DNA of 64,000 nucleotides from positions 7,249 through 71,248 of the forward strand of contig WRKU01000006.1 in the NCBI GenBank assembly GCA_009777935.1, written 5' to 3'. A model generated the notes under the pieces. It was not told the origin of the DNA. It searched no databases and worked only from the letters and a program-made list of their open reading frames with translations. Positions 27,131-35,931 of this stretch are shown one piece after another. Numbering within the stretch: the stretch's first letter is position 1; each line of letters opens with the position of its first letter. A program made the position numbers and the translations under genes. This DNA is from Coriobacteriia bacterium (GTDB lineage Bacteria > Actinomycetota > Coriobacteriia > WRKU01).

Positions 27131-27391
27131 TTAAGGGCTGTTTGGGCGGTTCGTGCGGCCTTTGACGGCTTCGGTGAGAAGGTACTCTATCTGGCCGTTG
27201 ATAGAGCGAAAGTCGTCCTCGGCCCATGAGGCAATCTGGCTCCACAGGCTTGGAGCCAGCCTCAAGAGGACTTGCTTTCTCGCGTTCTCTTTGCTCTTCA
27301 GCACACGTTCCCGCTGAACCACCTCGTGCTCCAGCTGTTCCACGCGCTCAAGTCGCTTTTTTAACTGCTCTTCTCGGCGAGCTGTATCCAT
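27131..27391 (-). CDS. Arc/ribbon-helix-helix DNA-binding protein associated with the SPFH gene
   Basis: KQVLLRL...WAEDDFRSINGQIEYLL motif typical of RHH proteins next to SPFH genes. Confidence 0.85.
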   Translation of the reverse strand: MDTARREEQLKKRLERVEQLEHEVVQRERVLKSKENARKQVLLRLAPSLWSQIASWAEDDFRSINGQIEYLLTEAVKGRTNRPNSP

Positions 27392-27410
27392 GGTTCTCGC
27401 ACTTCCCTAT

Positions 27411-27458
27411 CTAGAAGATTGACTAGAAGATTGACTAGTAAATTGGCTAGTAGATTGA
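27411..27458. repeat. Four 12-bp tandem repeats of the SPFH stop-codon region
   Basis: ctagaagattga, ctagaagattga, ctagtaaattgg, ctagtagattga. Confidence 0.85.
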
Positions 27459-28484
27459 CCCGCTGTTTACGATGGGCTGTGCGTCACGATTACCGCAAAG
27501 CACGACGAGCAGGTTCGAGACCATCGCGGCCTTGCGTTCCTCGTCGAGCTCGACGATGTCATCATCGCCTAGCTGGGTGATGGCCATCTTGACCATGCCG
27601 ACGGCGCCATCGACAATCTTCTTGCGCGCCGCGATGATGGCCGTCGCCTGCTGGCGCTGGAGCATTGCTGCTGCGATCTCCTCGGCATAGGCGAGATGCG
27701 TAATCCTGACCTCTTCGATAACGAGCCCGGCATCCTCAACGCGCTTCTGCAGTTCGTCTTTCATCGTCTCGGCGATCTCAAGAGAGCTGCCACGCAGGGT
27801 TCTTTCTTTGACGCTCGCGTCACTGGTATCGCACCCGTCCTCTTCAAACGTGTCGTACGGATAGAGGCGTGACGTGTTACGGATGGTGGAGTCGGTCTGG
27901 ATGCCGAGGTACTCGTGATAGTTCTCGACCGCAAAGACGACCTGTGTCGGATCTTTCACGCGCCATATCACGATAGCGCCGATGATAATGGGGTTGCCGA
28001 GGATATCGTTAACCTTTTGACGCTTGTTGTCGAGCGTCTGCGTCTTGAGCGAGATAGCCTTTGACCCCAGCCCAAGAGTAAGCGCAAGATCGGTACTGCT
28101 TTGCTTGGCGGAATCTTTGGTCTTTTGGCTCGTCGCTGCGGCCTTTGCAGCCTCGTGTGTTGGGCTAAACGACACGCAGAACGGATTGACGAAATGAAAC
28201 CCGGGTGTTTTTAACGTACCATGATAGGTGCCGAACAAGGTAAAGACGCGTGCCTCATTTGGGCGCACAATCTTGAGCCCGGCAGCTAACGTGCTGAAGA
28301 CGAGCCAGCCCAGAACGCCCCCGATCATATGTGACGCGCCGAGCGTATAGTCCCCGCGCTCCAGAAAGATGATGCTCACCACAAACGCACCGGTCGAGAT
28401 GAGCAATCCGATGATTGCGATGAACAGCATGGCGAACCCGTTAAGGGGCCGGAGTTCCTTTTCGTGGATGGTCGTTGGCTTCAT
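27447..28484 (-). CDS. SPFH/band 7 domain membrane protein
   Basis: [40 protein letters not shown]. Confidence 0.93.
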   Translation of the reverse strand: MKPTTIHEKELRPLNGFAMLFIAIIGLLISTGAFVVSIIFLERGDYTLGASHMIGGVLGWLVFSTLAAGLKIVRPNEARVFTLFGTYHGTLKTPGFHFVNPFCVSFSPTHEAAKAAATSQKTKDSAKQSSTDLALTLGLGSKAISLKTQTLDNKRQKVNDILGNPIIIGAIVIWRVKDPTQVVFAVENYHEYLGIQTDSTIRNTSRLYPYDTFEEDGCDTSDASVKERTLRGSSLEIAETMKDELQKRVEDAGLVIEEVRITHLAYAEEIAAAMLQRQQATAIIAARKKIVDGAVGMVKMAITQLGDDDIVELDEERKAAMVSNLLVVLCGNRDAQPIVNSGSIY

Positions 28485-28512
28485 AGTGTCCTCCTCAGCC
28501 TTGATCTTTGAT

Positions 28513-28550
28513 GATAGCGTAATGATATCACTACGCTATCGTCCTGTCAA
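28513..28550 (-). promoter_or_regulatory. sigma70-type promoter of the SPFH operon overlapped by a 28-bp near-perfect palindrome (probable RHH operator)
   Basis: TTGACA (28545-28550), 17 bp, TATCAT (28522-28527); palindrome GATAGCGTAaTGATATCAcTACGCTATC. Confidence 0.75.
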
Positions 28551-28562
28551 GGAGGGTGTGGG

Positions 28563-28702
28563 GGGCTGTGGCGGAGAGCGGGGGATTCGCATGTCTTCGC
28601 TTCGCAAATCCATGAGACCTCCGCTTCGCTTCGGCCCGCAACAGTTCTTAAGAACTGTTGCGCCCTCACGGGTCCGAATCACCGCAAGTCTTTACAGGGC
28701 TA
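28563..28702 (-). repeat. tRNA-linked repeat: duplicated 3' end of tRNA-Ser(GGA) plus palindromic spacer
   Basis: 28563-28589 matches 28697-28723 (1 mismatch); perfect 26-bp palindrome at 28637-28662; 28660-28684 recurs at 58876-58900. Confidence 0.8.
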
Positions 28703-28794
<92 letters not shown>

Positions 28795-28963
28795 GCATAC
28801 CTAGACGAGTATATCATGCGTGCTTTTTGCAGATATCGCTTTCGTCGATTCTTTGCACACAGCTTCACTGTGTAGCAGTTTACGTTGGAACCCGCATATC
28901 ATGAGCCGACCAACGTTGTGCCACTCGGATTTCTCGCGTTTCTGCTATCATTGTTTTCTGCGT

Positions 28964-29058
28964 GGAGGGATGGCAGAGTCTGGTTGATCGCACTAGTCTT
29001 GAAAACTAGCAGGCGGGTATCCCCCGTCTCGTGGGTTCGAATCCCACTCCCTCCTCCA
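28964..29058 (+). tRNA. tRNA-Ser(TGA)
   Basis: GGAGGGA/TCCCTCC acceptor, CTAGT-CTTGAAA-ACTAG anticodon arm, long variable arm, T73-CCA. Confidence 0.96.
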
Positions 29059-29081
29059 GCATCTCGTTATATGCATTTCAT

Positions 29082-29363
29082 TTAGAACTTGGATAAGTAA
29101 ATATCGCCTCTCTTGCCGATCTTTACTACCAATATCCTGAAACACCCGTCTTGAATATCGGCAATAAGACGATATTTCCCAACTCTATAGCGCCATAAGT
29201 TTTTGTACTCGCCCTCTAGGGCCTTACCGAACAAGCGGGGATTTTCGCAACCTTGGATGTTGGAATCCAGCCACTTGAGTATCCTCTTCTGAACCGGTCT
29301 GTCGAGTTTCGAGAACTGTTTTTCAGCCTTGGTGTCAAAACTCCAGCTATATTCTCTAGGCAT
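29082..29363 (-). CDS. relE: RelE/ParE family toxin
   Basis: KLDRPVQKRI, NPRLFGKAL, LWRYRVGKYRLI, GKRGDIY. Confidence 0.93.
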   Translation of the reverse strand: MPREYSWSFDTKAEKQFSKLDRPVQKRILKWLDSNIQGCENPRLFGKALEGEYKNLWRYRVGKYRLIADIQDGCFRILVVKIGKRGDIYLSKF

Positions 29364-29571
29364 ACTTCTTGAGCATTTCTTCTCTTGATATAGCCCTGTT
29401 GTTCTCTTTGAGCACCGTCATAGCATCATGATAGTCCTCTTCATCTTGAATCTTCTCAGACAGCAGCTCAACGATAAAAGCATTTAGCGAGAGGTCATGA
29501 AACTGTGCCTCTTCCTTTGCGCGACTGAGTAAATCTTCGCTCATTCGTATTGAGGTACTTACCGTTGGCAT
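29356..29571 (-). CDS. RHH antitoxin (RelB-like, DUF6290-type)
   Basis: STSIRMS N-terminal strand, acidic EDEEDY segment; overlaps toxin start; AAGGAG RBS. Confidence 0.85.
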   Translation of the reverse strand: MPTVSTSIRMSEDLLSRAKEEAQFHDLSLNAFIVELLSEKIQDEEDYHDAMTVLKENNRAISREEMLKKYA

Positions 29572-29608
29572 AGCTTCACTCCTTAGCAACGAACTCGTCT
29601 CTGAGCCA

Positions 29609-29629
29609 ATTGTACCACACGTGTGGTAC
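29609..29629 (-). promoter_or_regulatory. Toxin-antitoxin operator/promoter
   Basis: Perfect palindrome GTACCACACGTGTGGTAC (29612-29629) overlapping a TACAAT -10 box. Confidence 0.7.
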
Positions 29630-29643
29630 TTTGAGAAAAGTCC

Positions 29644-30303
29644 CTACATCACTACGTACAGCAAGATTGCAAAGAAGTGCAGGAATGTGCCCAGCAGCAC
29701 CCACACATGAAAGACCGAGTGGAAGTAACGGACCCGCTTGATGACGTAAAAGATAGTGCCAACCGAATAAGAAATACCGCCTGCTAAAAGCAGCCATAGG
29801 GCAGTCGGCGGAAGCAAGCGTATCATATCGGGAATGACCCACACGGCCATCCAACCCATGACGAGGTAAATCACGACGCTCACCCACTTGGGGCGAAAGA
29901 CCCACAGCGCCTCGGTCGCCATGCCGAGCACCGTCATGCCCCACAGAACACCGAAGAGAACCCAGCCGCCATCATGGCGCAAGGTCACGAGACAAAACGG
30001 CGTATAGGTCCCGGCGATGAGCAGGTAGATGCTCGCGTGGTCGAGAATTTTGAAGATACGCTTGGCGCGCTCGTTGGTGAGGCTGTGATAGAGCGTCGAG
30101 CTCAGATAGAGAGCAATCATCGCCAGACAGTAGACGATGGAAGCGGCAATCTTGTAGCCACGATCGACCTCGGAAAAGCTCGCAAATATGAGGAGTGTGG
30201 GCAGCGCCACAATGCCGAGCACCACACCAATACCGTGCGAAACGCTGTTGGCAATCTCCTCGCCCAGCGTATACTGCTTGATTTTTTCGGCAAGACGTGT
30301 CAT
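29644..30303 (-). CDS. Hemolysin III/PAQR family membrane protein (TrhA-like)
   Basis: EEIANSVSHG, SSTLYH, DHASIYLLIAGTYTP, HSVFHVWV. Confidence 0.95.
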   Translation of the reverse strand: MTRLAEKIKQYTLGEEIANSVSHGIGVVLGIVALPTLLIFASFSEVDRGYKIAASIVYCLAMIALYLSSTLYHSLTNERAKRIFKILDHASIYLLIAGTYTPFCLVTLRHDGGWVLFGVLWGMTVLGMATEALWVFRPKWVSVVIYLVMGWMAVWVIPDMIRLLPPTALWLLLAGGISYSVGTIFYVIKRVRYFHSVFHVWVLLGTFLHFFAILLYVVM

Positions 30304-30319
30304 GAGTTACTTTAGCATA
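30284..30319. repeat. Left part of the duplicated tatD-end/hlyIII-start junction
   Basis: Matches 32154-32189 with 1 mismatch. Confidence 0.9.
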
Positions 30320-30782
30320 TTGGAAGTCGGAGTTCATCTTAATTTCATCTTACTAGTAGCGTCTATCCCAAGATTTTGTAGCGAGAGGCTCGGACGAAGC
30401 GTGTCGCAAGCACCCGAGCCTCCGCATTCCCTTTTTCGCCGACGTCTCCCGCCCATGTCGGGCATACGCTACGCGAAAGGATATGAGTTCCCTTACCTGC
30501 TCTCTGTATGCCGCTTGGCATACACTCCCTGGCATAGTCCACTTCGCTTGGAAGGGTCTTGCGGGTAAGTCTGGACGCACGCCACGCGCATCGGTGGCAG
30601 CATTGCCCCCCACGGCCCCATTGTTGTCCACGCGAGCCGCCTGAGTGGCATTCGTGCCCGGAGACCGCAGCCACTGGTGGTACCAGATAGCGGCGGAAAA
30701 CCGCTCTGCTCTGGTGCGCCGTAACTCACTCCTACGACCACGCTGTTTGTCCCGTAGCCGCACCGCTAGTGTAACAGATGTA
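30320..30782 (-). mobile_element. Orphan DGR-like non-coding core (TR/VR-like repeat 30566-30685 plus structured spacer), no RT in window
   Basis: Translates to WYHQWLRSPGTNATQAARVDNNGAVGGNAATDARGVRPDL (C-type-lectin/DUF6273-type VR/TR motif), followed by CTTACC..GGTAAG, TTTCGC..GCGAAA and GAGGCTCGG..CCGAGCCTC stems; splits a direct repeat. Confidence 0.7.
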
Positions 30783-30845
30783 ATGTGCGTGCATTTTGCT
30801 CAAGAGCGCGGAGTACTTCATCGCGCGGTTCGGGACGAACGTCGG
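30783..30845. repeat. Right part of the duplicated junction (copy of tatD 3' end)
   Basis: Matches 32192-32255 with one indel and one substitution. Confidence 0.9.
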
Positions 30846-30850
30846 TATCG

Positions 30851-32173
30851 CTACACAATCGACCTGCTCAGAGGTCGAAGTTCTTTTAGTTTTCCAAGCA
30901 ATATCATAGCGATAGGTATGAGAGACATTTCGAGAAAGAAAGCCGTTCGACTTCCCGACGTAAATATCGTAGGAGAAAACGCCATCATGAATCGAGAGAG
31001 AACTCCTGCCGAAAATATAATCGCCACGAATCCGTACTCATATCTCTCCTCAAAAATTCTGTACAGAATATACAGGATGGCCCCTAGGGCAAAAAGCGTT
31101 ACCGCGATACAGGCAAAATATTTGAGGCGATACAGGTTCAAGAAGGGTATTATGTCACCTCCGCTCAGGGCTTCGTAGTGCAAGAATCCGTAGTCTAAGT
31201 AAAAGAGCTGGAGCTTTGGCACCATCACGGCCAGCACTAAAAGGGCAATCGCTAAGCCTTTAGCAACGATCTCTTCTCTTTTTTGAAATATCGCCAATGC
31301 TATGAGTCCCAAGAGTACGACAAGCATCCCATTGAGTGCGCCAAACCATATTTCGCCCACCCTGTATATGCCCAGCGTCGTTTTGTCAATCAGAGACAAT
31401 GAGTCGAAATCGGGAAACCGTGCGCCGATTTCCCATAACAGTCTGCGGGCGTTACCCGGTGCCTGCAGATGAAACACTAGCATGGAAACCGATACAATCA
31501 AATACAGCATGATCCCCGCATGTATTTTTTTCTTATCAATAAACTCGTAAATCGCAAGCACCACTAAAAATCCCGTTAGAATAAGAGCCATCTGCTCGCT
31601 ATTTGCTGCGTACAATAGACAGGGAATGGCAAGTAGATAGTACCACCATTTTACCGGCTGTTCTTTGATGATCATCTTAATAGGTATCATGCTTGCCAGA
31701 CCTAAAGCTAGCACCCAGAGATAGTTGAGCGTAGTTGCAGCCCATCCCGCCTCGCCCATCACATTAATCGGATAGAGCATCAACATGAAAGTTAAAAGAT
31801 AGTTTATCTTCAAGTCATTTTTCGGGTTAAACAATCTATTGAACCCGAACCAGAGCAAAACCATCATCGCCCCATTCAGGATCTTGAATAGGAAGGAAGT
31901 AAGGAGGAGTACATTTACCAAAACGGCCTCTATAAGTACTCTACTCGTCCAGCTATTATATCGGGACATCACATATTCTATAAAGTTTCTATTATGAAGG
32001 ACGGCACCGAACACCAAATCGTCGCCGAAATCTATGTGCACTCTGAAAAACTGAAGAAGTATCACATAGACGATAAAGATGAGAAGCGGAACGTACGCCA
32101 AGGTATAGCAGTATCGCGAAGAAGTGCGAAAAATGTGCTGAAGCTGTTTAGTCTTTTCGGCAAGATGTGTCAT
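30851..32173 (-). CDS. DUF6056-like polytopic membrane protein (putative GT-C glycosyltransferase)
   Basis: GDD, WTSR, GWAATTLNYLW, APGN..R, SPT motifs; low GC; first codons copied from the hlyIII start. Confidence 0.8.
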   Translation of the reverse strand: MTHLAEKTKQLQHIFRTSSRYCYTLAYVPLLIFIVYVILLQFFRVHIDFGDDLVFGAVLHNRNFIEYVMSRYNSWTSRVLIEAVLVNVLLLTSFLFKILNGAMMVLLWFGFNRLFNPKNDLKINYLLTFMLMLYPINVMGEAGWAATTLNYLWVLALGLASMIPIKMIIKEQPVKWWYYLLAIPCLLYAANSEQMALILTGFLVVLAIYEFIDKKKIHAGIMLYLIVSVSMLVFHLQAPGNARRLLWEIGARFPDFDSLSLIDKTTLGIYRVGEIWFGALNGMLVVLLGLIALAIFQKREEIVAKGLAIALLVLAVMVPKLQLFYLDYGFLHYEALSGGDIIPFLNLYRLKYFACIAVTLFALGAILYILYRIFEERYEYGFVAIIFSAGVLSRFMMAFSPTIFTSGSRTAFFLEMSLIPIAMILLGKLKELRPLSRSIV

Positions 32174-32181
32174 GAGTTACT

Positions 32182-32961
32182 TTAGCATACTATGTGCCGT
32201 GCATTTTGCTCAAGAGCGCAGAGTACTTCATCGCGCGGTTCGGGACGAACGTCGGCGATTATCTCGGCAACATAACGTACATTCGCAGGTTCATTCTTTG
32301 TGCCGCGCACAGGCTCGGGTGCAAGGAAGGGACAATCGGTTTCGGTTAAGATACGGTCGAGCGGGATACGTGCCGCAGCATCGCGTACTTCGTCGGCCTT
32401 CTTGAACGTTATCGGCCCGGCAAAGCTCACGTAACAACCCAGCTCGAGGAAGGGAGCGGCGGTTTCATAATCGCACCCGAAGCAATGCAAGATGGCACGT
32501 TCGCCCGGATAGCCGCTTTCCTGCAGAATACGTAGGCCGTCTTCGTGCGCTTCACGCAGATGAATACAGACCGGTAGGTTAAGCTCTGTAGCGAGTGCCA
32601 GCTGTTCTGCAAAGACTTTACGTTGCACATTGCGCGGCGAATGGTCGTAGTGATAATCAAGGCCCATCTCACCCAGCGCAATAACACGAGGGTCGGTAGC
32701 ATACTCACGAATGCGCTCAACCACTGCTGCATTGGTTCTGGCGGCGGCATGAGGATGAGTACCAACGATAATGTAAACCTCAGGTACTTTACCAGCTTCT
32801 GCTTGCCATTGGTCAAGCCCCTCAAAGGTACGCTCTGGCTCTTCGAGCACATTCACAACCGTACAAATGAGCCCCACGCCAGCCTCACCGGCGGCACGTA
32901 ACGCTGCCGCTGGATCGGCAAGCATATCAAGGTGCGCGTGCGTATCAACGTACATTGTCAT
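32182..32961 (-). CDS. tatD: TatD family hydrolase
   Basis: DTHAHL, GEMGLDY, HLREA, HCF, ETDCPFLAP. Confidence 0.95.
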   Translation of the reverse strand: MTMYVDTHAHLDMLADPAAALRAAGEAGVGLICTVVNVLEEPERTFEGLDQWQAEAGKVPEVYIIVGTHPHAAARTNAAVVERIREYATDPRVIALGEMGLDYHYDHSPRNVQRKVFAEQLALATELNLPVCIHLREAHEDGLRILQESGYPGERAILHCFGCDYETAAPFLELGCYVSFAGPITFKKADEVRDAAARIPLDRILTETDCPFLAPEPVRGTKNEPANVRYVAEIIADVRPEPRDEVLCALEQNARHIVC

Positions 32962-32979
32962 AGAGACAGTCTACCAAAT

Positions 32980-34206
32980 TTACACCAAACCGACGGGCAA
33001 AGCCCATGCGTTATCGGTGAGTGGCAGTGGTGTCCGTGAAAGACAGATTACTGCACCAGTGCCGACCGTTATGCCAGAGATGTTGTCAAGATAACGAAAT
33101 GCCTTCGTTGTGTCCACACGCGGATCGCTGGTGGCCTTGATTTCTACCGGATGCAACACATCGCCGTCCGCAATAACGAGGTCGATTTCGTTTTTGTTCA
33201 TGTCGCGGTAATAGTACAGAGGCGGTACCGTGATGCCATCGTTATAGTAACTCTTAAGAACTTCGGCGACCACGAAGCTCTCGAATATATGCCCCCACAT
33301 AGCACCGTTCACCAGTTGCTGTGGCGTATTCCAACCCAACAGCCAGCAGGCGAGTCCGGTGTCTAAGAAATAGAGCTTCGGCATTTTAACGAGTCTCTTG
33401 CCAAAGTTGTTGTGATACGGCTCGAGCAGATATATGAGTCCGCTCGATTCCAACACTGAAAGCCACGACTTTGCCGTTTTAACATCTTTGCCGCACATCT
33501 CGGCGAGCGTCGTTAGGTTCAGCATTGAGCCGGTAAGAGATGCTGTTGCTCGTACAAACTTAATAAATGCAGACTCGTCCTGAATGTTAAGAACATCTCG
33601 AATGTCTTTTTCTATGTACGTCTGAAAATATGAACTGTAGTAATCCATCCAATCGTGCAGATCGGACTCGGTCTCATAGAGTTCGGGGAAAAAGCCTTTA
33701 TGGACACACGAGAGTATCGTCTCATAGTCGAGAACAGCGTGATTACTTGATCGAAGCATGTGCTCTTTGGTAGGTAGAAACGGATCGCGGAGGGAGCTTT
33801 TGGCAATCTCGCGCATTGAAAGCCCTAGGAGTTTAATGACACCAGCGCGACCGGCAAGACTCTCGCTCACATTGCTCATTAGTTTCAAACTCTGCGAACC
33901 TGTCAGGTAGAATTGGCCTTTCTTGTTGTTTTGGTCGACGATATCCTTAACGTAATCGAGTAATTCGGCAGCTTTTTGTATTTCGTCCACAATAACCGGT
34001 GGTTTGTTTGCTTCGAAAAAAAGTGAGGGATTCTCTTTTGCGCTCTCACGCACGAGGGGGCGATCAAGACTGACGTATCGCGTAGCTGAAAGTAGCTGCT
34101 TGAGCATGGTAGACTTCCCCACCTGCCGCGCGCCGGTGAGTACGAGCACCGACTTGCGCCGAGAGATGCGTTCGACAACCGATTCAATATGCCGGGGATA
34201 GTACAT
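32980..34206 (-). CDS. AAA_14 ATPase with DUF4143 C-terminal nuclease-like domain
   Basis: GARQVGKS, DEIQ, LTGS, KMPKLYFLDTGL, EIDLV..PVEIK; start MYYPR after GGAG. Confidence 0.92.
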   Translation of the reverse strand: MYYPRHIESVVERISRRKSVLVLTGARQVGKSTMLKQLLSATRYVSLDRPLVRESAKENPSLFFEANKPPVIVDEIQKAAELLDYVKDIVDQNNKKGQFYLTGSQSLKLMSNVSESLAGRAGVIKLLGLSMREIAKSSLRDPFLPTKEHMLRSSNHAVLDYETILSCVHKGFFPELYETESDLHDWMDYYSSYFQTYIEKDIRDVLNIQDESAFIKFVRATASLTGSMLNLTTLAEMCGKDVKTAKSWLSVLESSGLIYLLEPYHNNFGKRLVKMPKLYFLDTGLACWLLGWNTPQQLVNGAMWGHIFESFVVAEVLKSYYNDGITVPPLYYYRDMNKNEIDLVIADGDVLHPVEIKATSDPRVDTTKAFRYLDNISGITVGTGAVICLSRTPLPLTDNAWALPVGLV

Positions 34207-34264
34207 TGACGTGCTCCAATCCGAATATTTGGAATTTGATTCCATTATATACTAGTTTTTCCCC

Positions 34265-34305
34265 GTATGCGACCTTTTATCAAAATCGACCTATACTGGT
34301 GATTT
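34265..34305. repeat. 41-bp direct repeat, copy 1
   Basis: gtatgcgaccttttatcaaaatcgacctatactggtgattt, identical at 35932-35972. Confidence 0.95.
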
Positions 34306-34310
34306 CATGC

Positions 34311-35507
34311 TCATGCATCGGTACTCGCTGTGAACGCGTGCGTAACGGTACCTACACTATCGGCGACAAGCGCGATAAGCACAATACCAAGAAACACGAG
34401 GTTAAAATTTGCGAACACGAGCCCGATTATCGGTGGTGCATCAGCCTCAGCGAACAGGTTCACAATATAAGCAATAAACTCCGGGTTAATGATGTCGCCG
34501 TAAGAAAATACGAATATCGCGCACGCCGCTATCACTACATTAAGCACGCAGGTATTCGCGGCGAGCCGTTTCGTATAACGGCCATCTATGAGTTTGCGCG
34601 CTTCTTTAGCAACACCAAGTACGGCCCAAATCGTGATGGGAATCCATGCAGCACGTATGAGCTCAACATTAAAGAGAGGAATCCACCCTTCGCCCTCAAA
34701 CCCTGTGTCGAAAAGCCCCACACCGATAATCTGCGGAAAGCCCAGAAAAACCGTTAAAAACAACATGCTCATCACAATGCCAAATATTGGTTCCCATGGT
34801 TTAATCTCATTCGTTTTGGGCACCGGAGGCAGGTTGTTCAGCGGATCTTTAGCGAAGTCTTCAATCTGGTCAACGATACGCCCCACACCAACGACAATGT
34901 CATCCCCAACACCGATACCGGCGGCGATATCATCTCCACGCAAATCTACCTGTCTCCATTCGAGGATAGCGAATATCAGTGTGATGATGGCGAATGCTTG
35001 AAAAACACCGCTTAGCGTTCCGCCGAGCACCTGCCCAAACATCGTCGACATATAAGCATACGGGTTGGCTGAGGTTGCAGACGAATCGAAAATGAACGAT
35101 AAGATAATAGCAAACGCCAGTGCCAGTGCCACAATAGGCAGCACCAACGTGAGCACGCGCTTATATAGCACAAAGTAGAGCCCACTTATCAGTGCGCGAC
35201 TACTGCTAGGGTCGTACTGCTCAGCCATCTCTTGTGGTGTGCCAAGTTCAGTCAACACGACACGGACATCCTTCTCGGTTGCAGGCGTGGCCCCACAACG
35301 CGTTTCAAGCATATCTGCAATGAGGCTATCGAGCTCGCGTTTCACTTCGTCGCGATCTTTACGTGGTAGGTAACGCGTCACAGCGTAGAGGTAACGTTCA
35401 ATAAGGTCGGTCTGGGAGCCGGCTGCGGTCGCTGCGCCAGACGCAGTGCCGGTAGCAGCCGTGGTGTCCGAGTCAGCCGCAGTGTTGGGGTTGCCTGTAG
35501 TGCTCAT
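34311..35507 (-). CDS. PadR-associated membrane protein (HAAS-like N-terminal domain)
   Basis: LIERYLYAVTRYLP...VLTELGTP, then multiple TMs; ATGA overlap with padR. Confidence 0.85.
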   Translation of the reverse strand: MSTTGNPNTAADSDTTAATGTASGAATAAGSQTDLIERYLYAVTRYLPRKDRDEVKRELDSLIADMLETRCGATPATEKDVRVVLTELGTPQEMAEQYDPSSSRALISGLYFVLYKRVLTLVLPIVALALAFAIILSFIFDSSATSANPYAYMSTMFGQVLGGTLSGVFQAFAIITLIFAILEWRQVDLRGDDIAAGIGVGDDIVVGVGRIVDQIEDFAKDPLNNLPPVPKTNEIKPWEPIFGIVMSMLFLTVFLGFPQIIGVGLFDTGFEGEGWIPLFNVELIRAAWIPITIWAVLGVAKEARKLIDGRYTKRLAANTCVLNVVIAACAIFVFSYGDIINPEFIAYIVNLFAEADAPPIIGLVFANFNLVFLGIVLIALVADSVGTVTHAFTASTDA

Positions 35508-35860
35508 GTAGTACTCCTTGTGTCTCGTAACAGTTTGTTCATACTCTTCGACGTTACATTCCATTGTGCTTTGAGTTCGGCAAGCACTTCTTGGCCAAAC
35601 GTAGTGTTCGTGTAGTACTTACGCGGCTTCGCGCCTTCGGTGTTCCACGAGCTCTCGAGTAGCCCTTGACCCTCCAGCCTACGCAAAAGGGGATAGAGCG
35701 TATTCGCCTCGATTGCGATGCCGGTATCAGCCAGCTCACCGATAAGACTATAGCCATACGTAGGGGTTTCAAGCTTCGCAAGAACGGCAAGAACAATCAT
35801 TCCGCGACGCATTTCAAGCACGAAACCTGCGACGAGTTCTTGCACATTAGGGTTGCTCAT
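35504..35860 (-). CDS. PadR family transcriptional regulator
   Basis: YGYSL, TLYPLLRRLE, PRKYY. Confidence 0.95.
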   Translation of the reverse strand: MSNPNVQELVAGFVLEMRRGMIVLAVLAKLETPTYGYSLIGELADTGIAIEANTLYPLLRRLEGQGLLESSWNTEGAKPRKYYTNTTFGQEVLAELKAQWNVTSKSMNKLLRDTRSTT

Positions 35861-35931
35861 AGGTATCGACTCCCAGTATTCATGATTACATCATATAGTG
35901 TGATGCACAGTATGTCAAGCGGCATTTCCTT

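Noticed and set aside
27411-27458. Possible CRISPR array
   Set aside because: Contiguous 12-bp units with no spacers and no cas genes; no CRISPR array seen anywhere in the window
28563-28589. attR of a prophage or ICE in tRNA-Ser(GGA)
   Set aside because: Only about 110 bp separate the two copies and there is no integrase or cargo; treated as a tRNA-linked repeat
28964-29058. tRNA-Sec or suppressor tRNA
   Set aside because: The anticodon is TGA (reads UCA, Ser), not TCA, and the acceptor stem is the normal 7 bp
30353-30763. 136-aa ORF as a real DGR target protein
   Set aside because: The VR-like motif is internal, the ORF runs on through hairpin-rich sequence, and the rest of a lectin-fold domain is missing; better explained as a non-coding TR/spacer region
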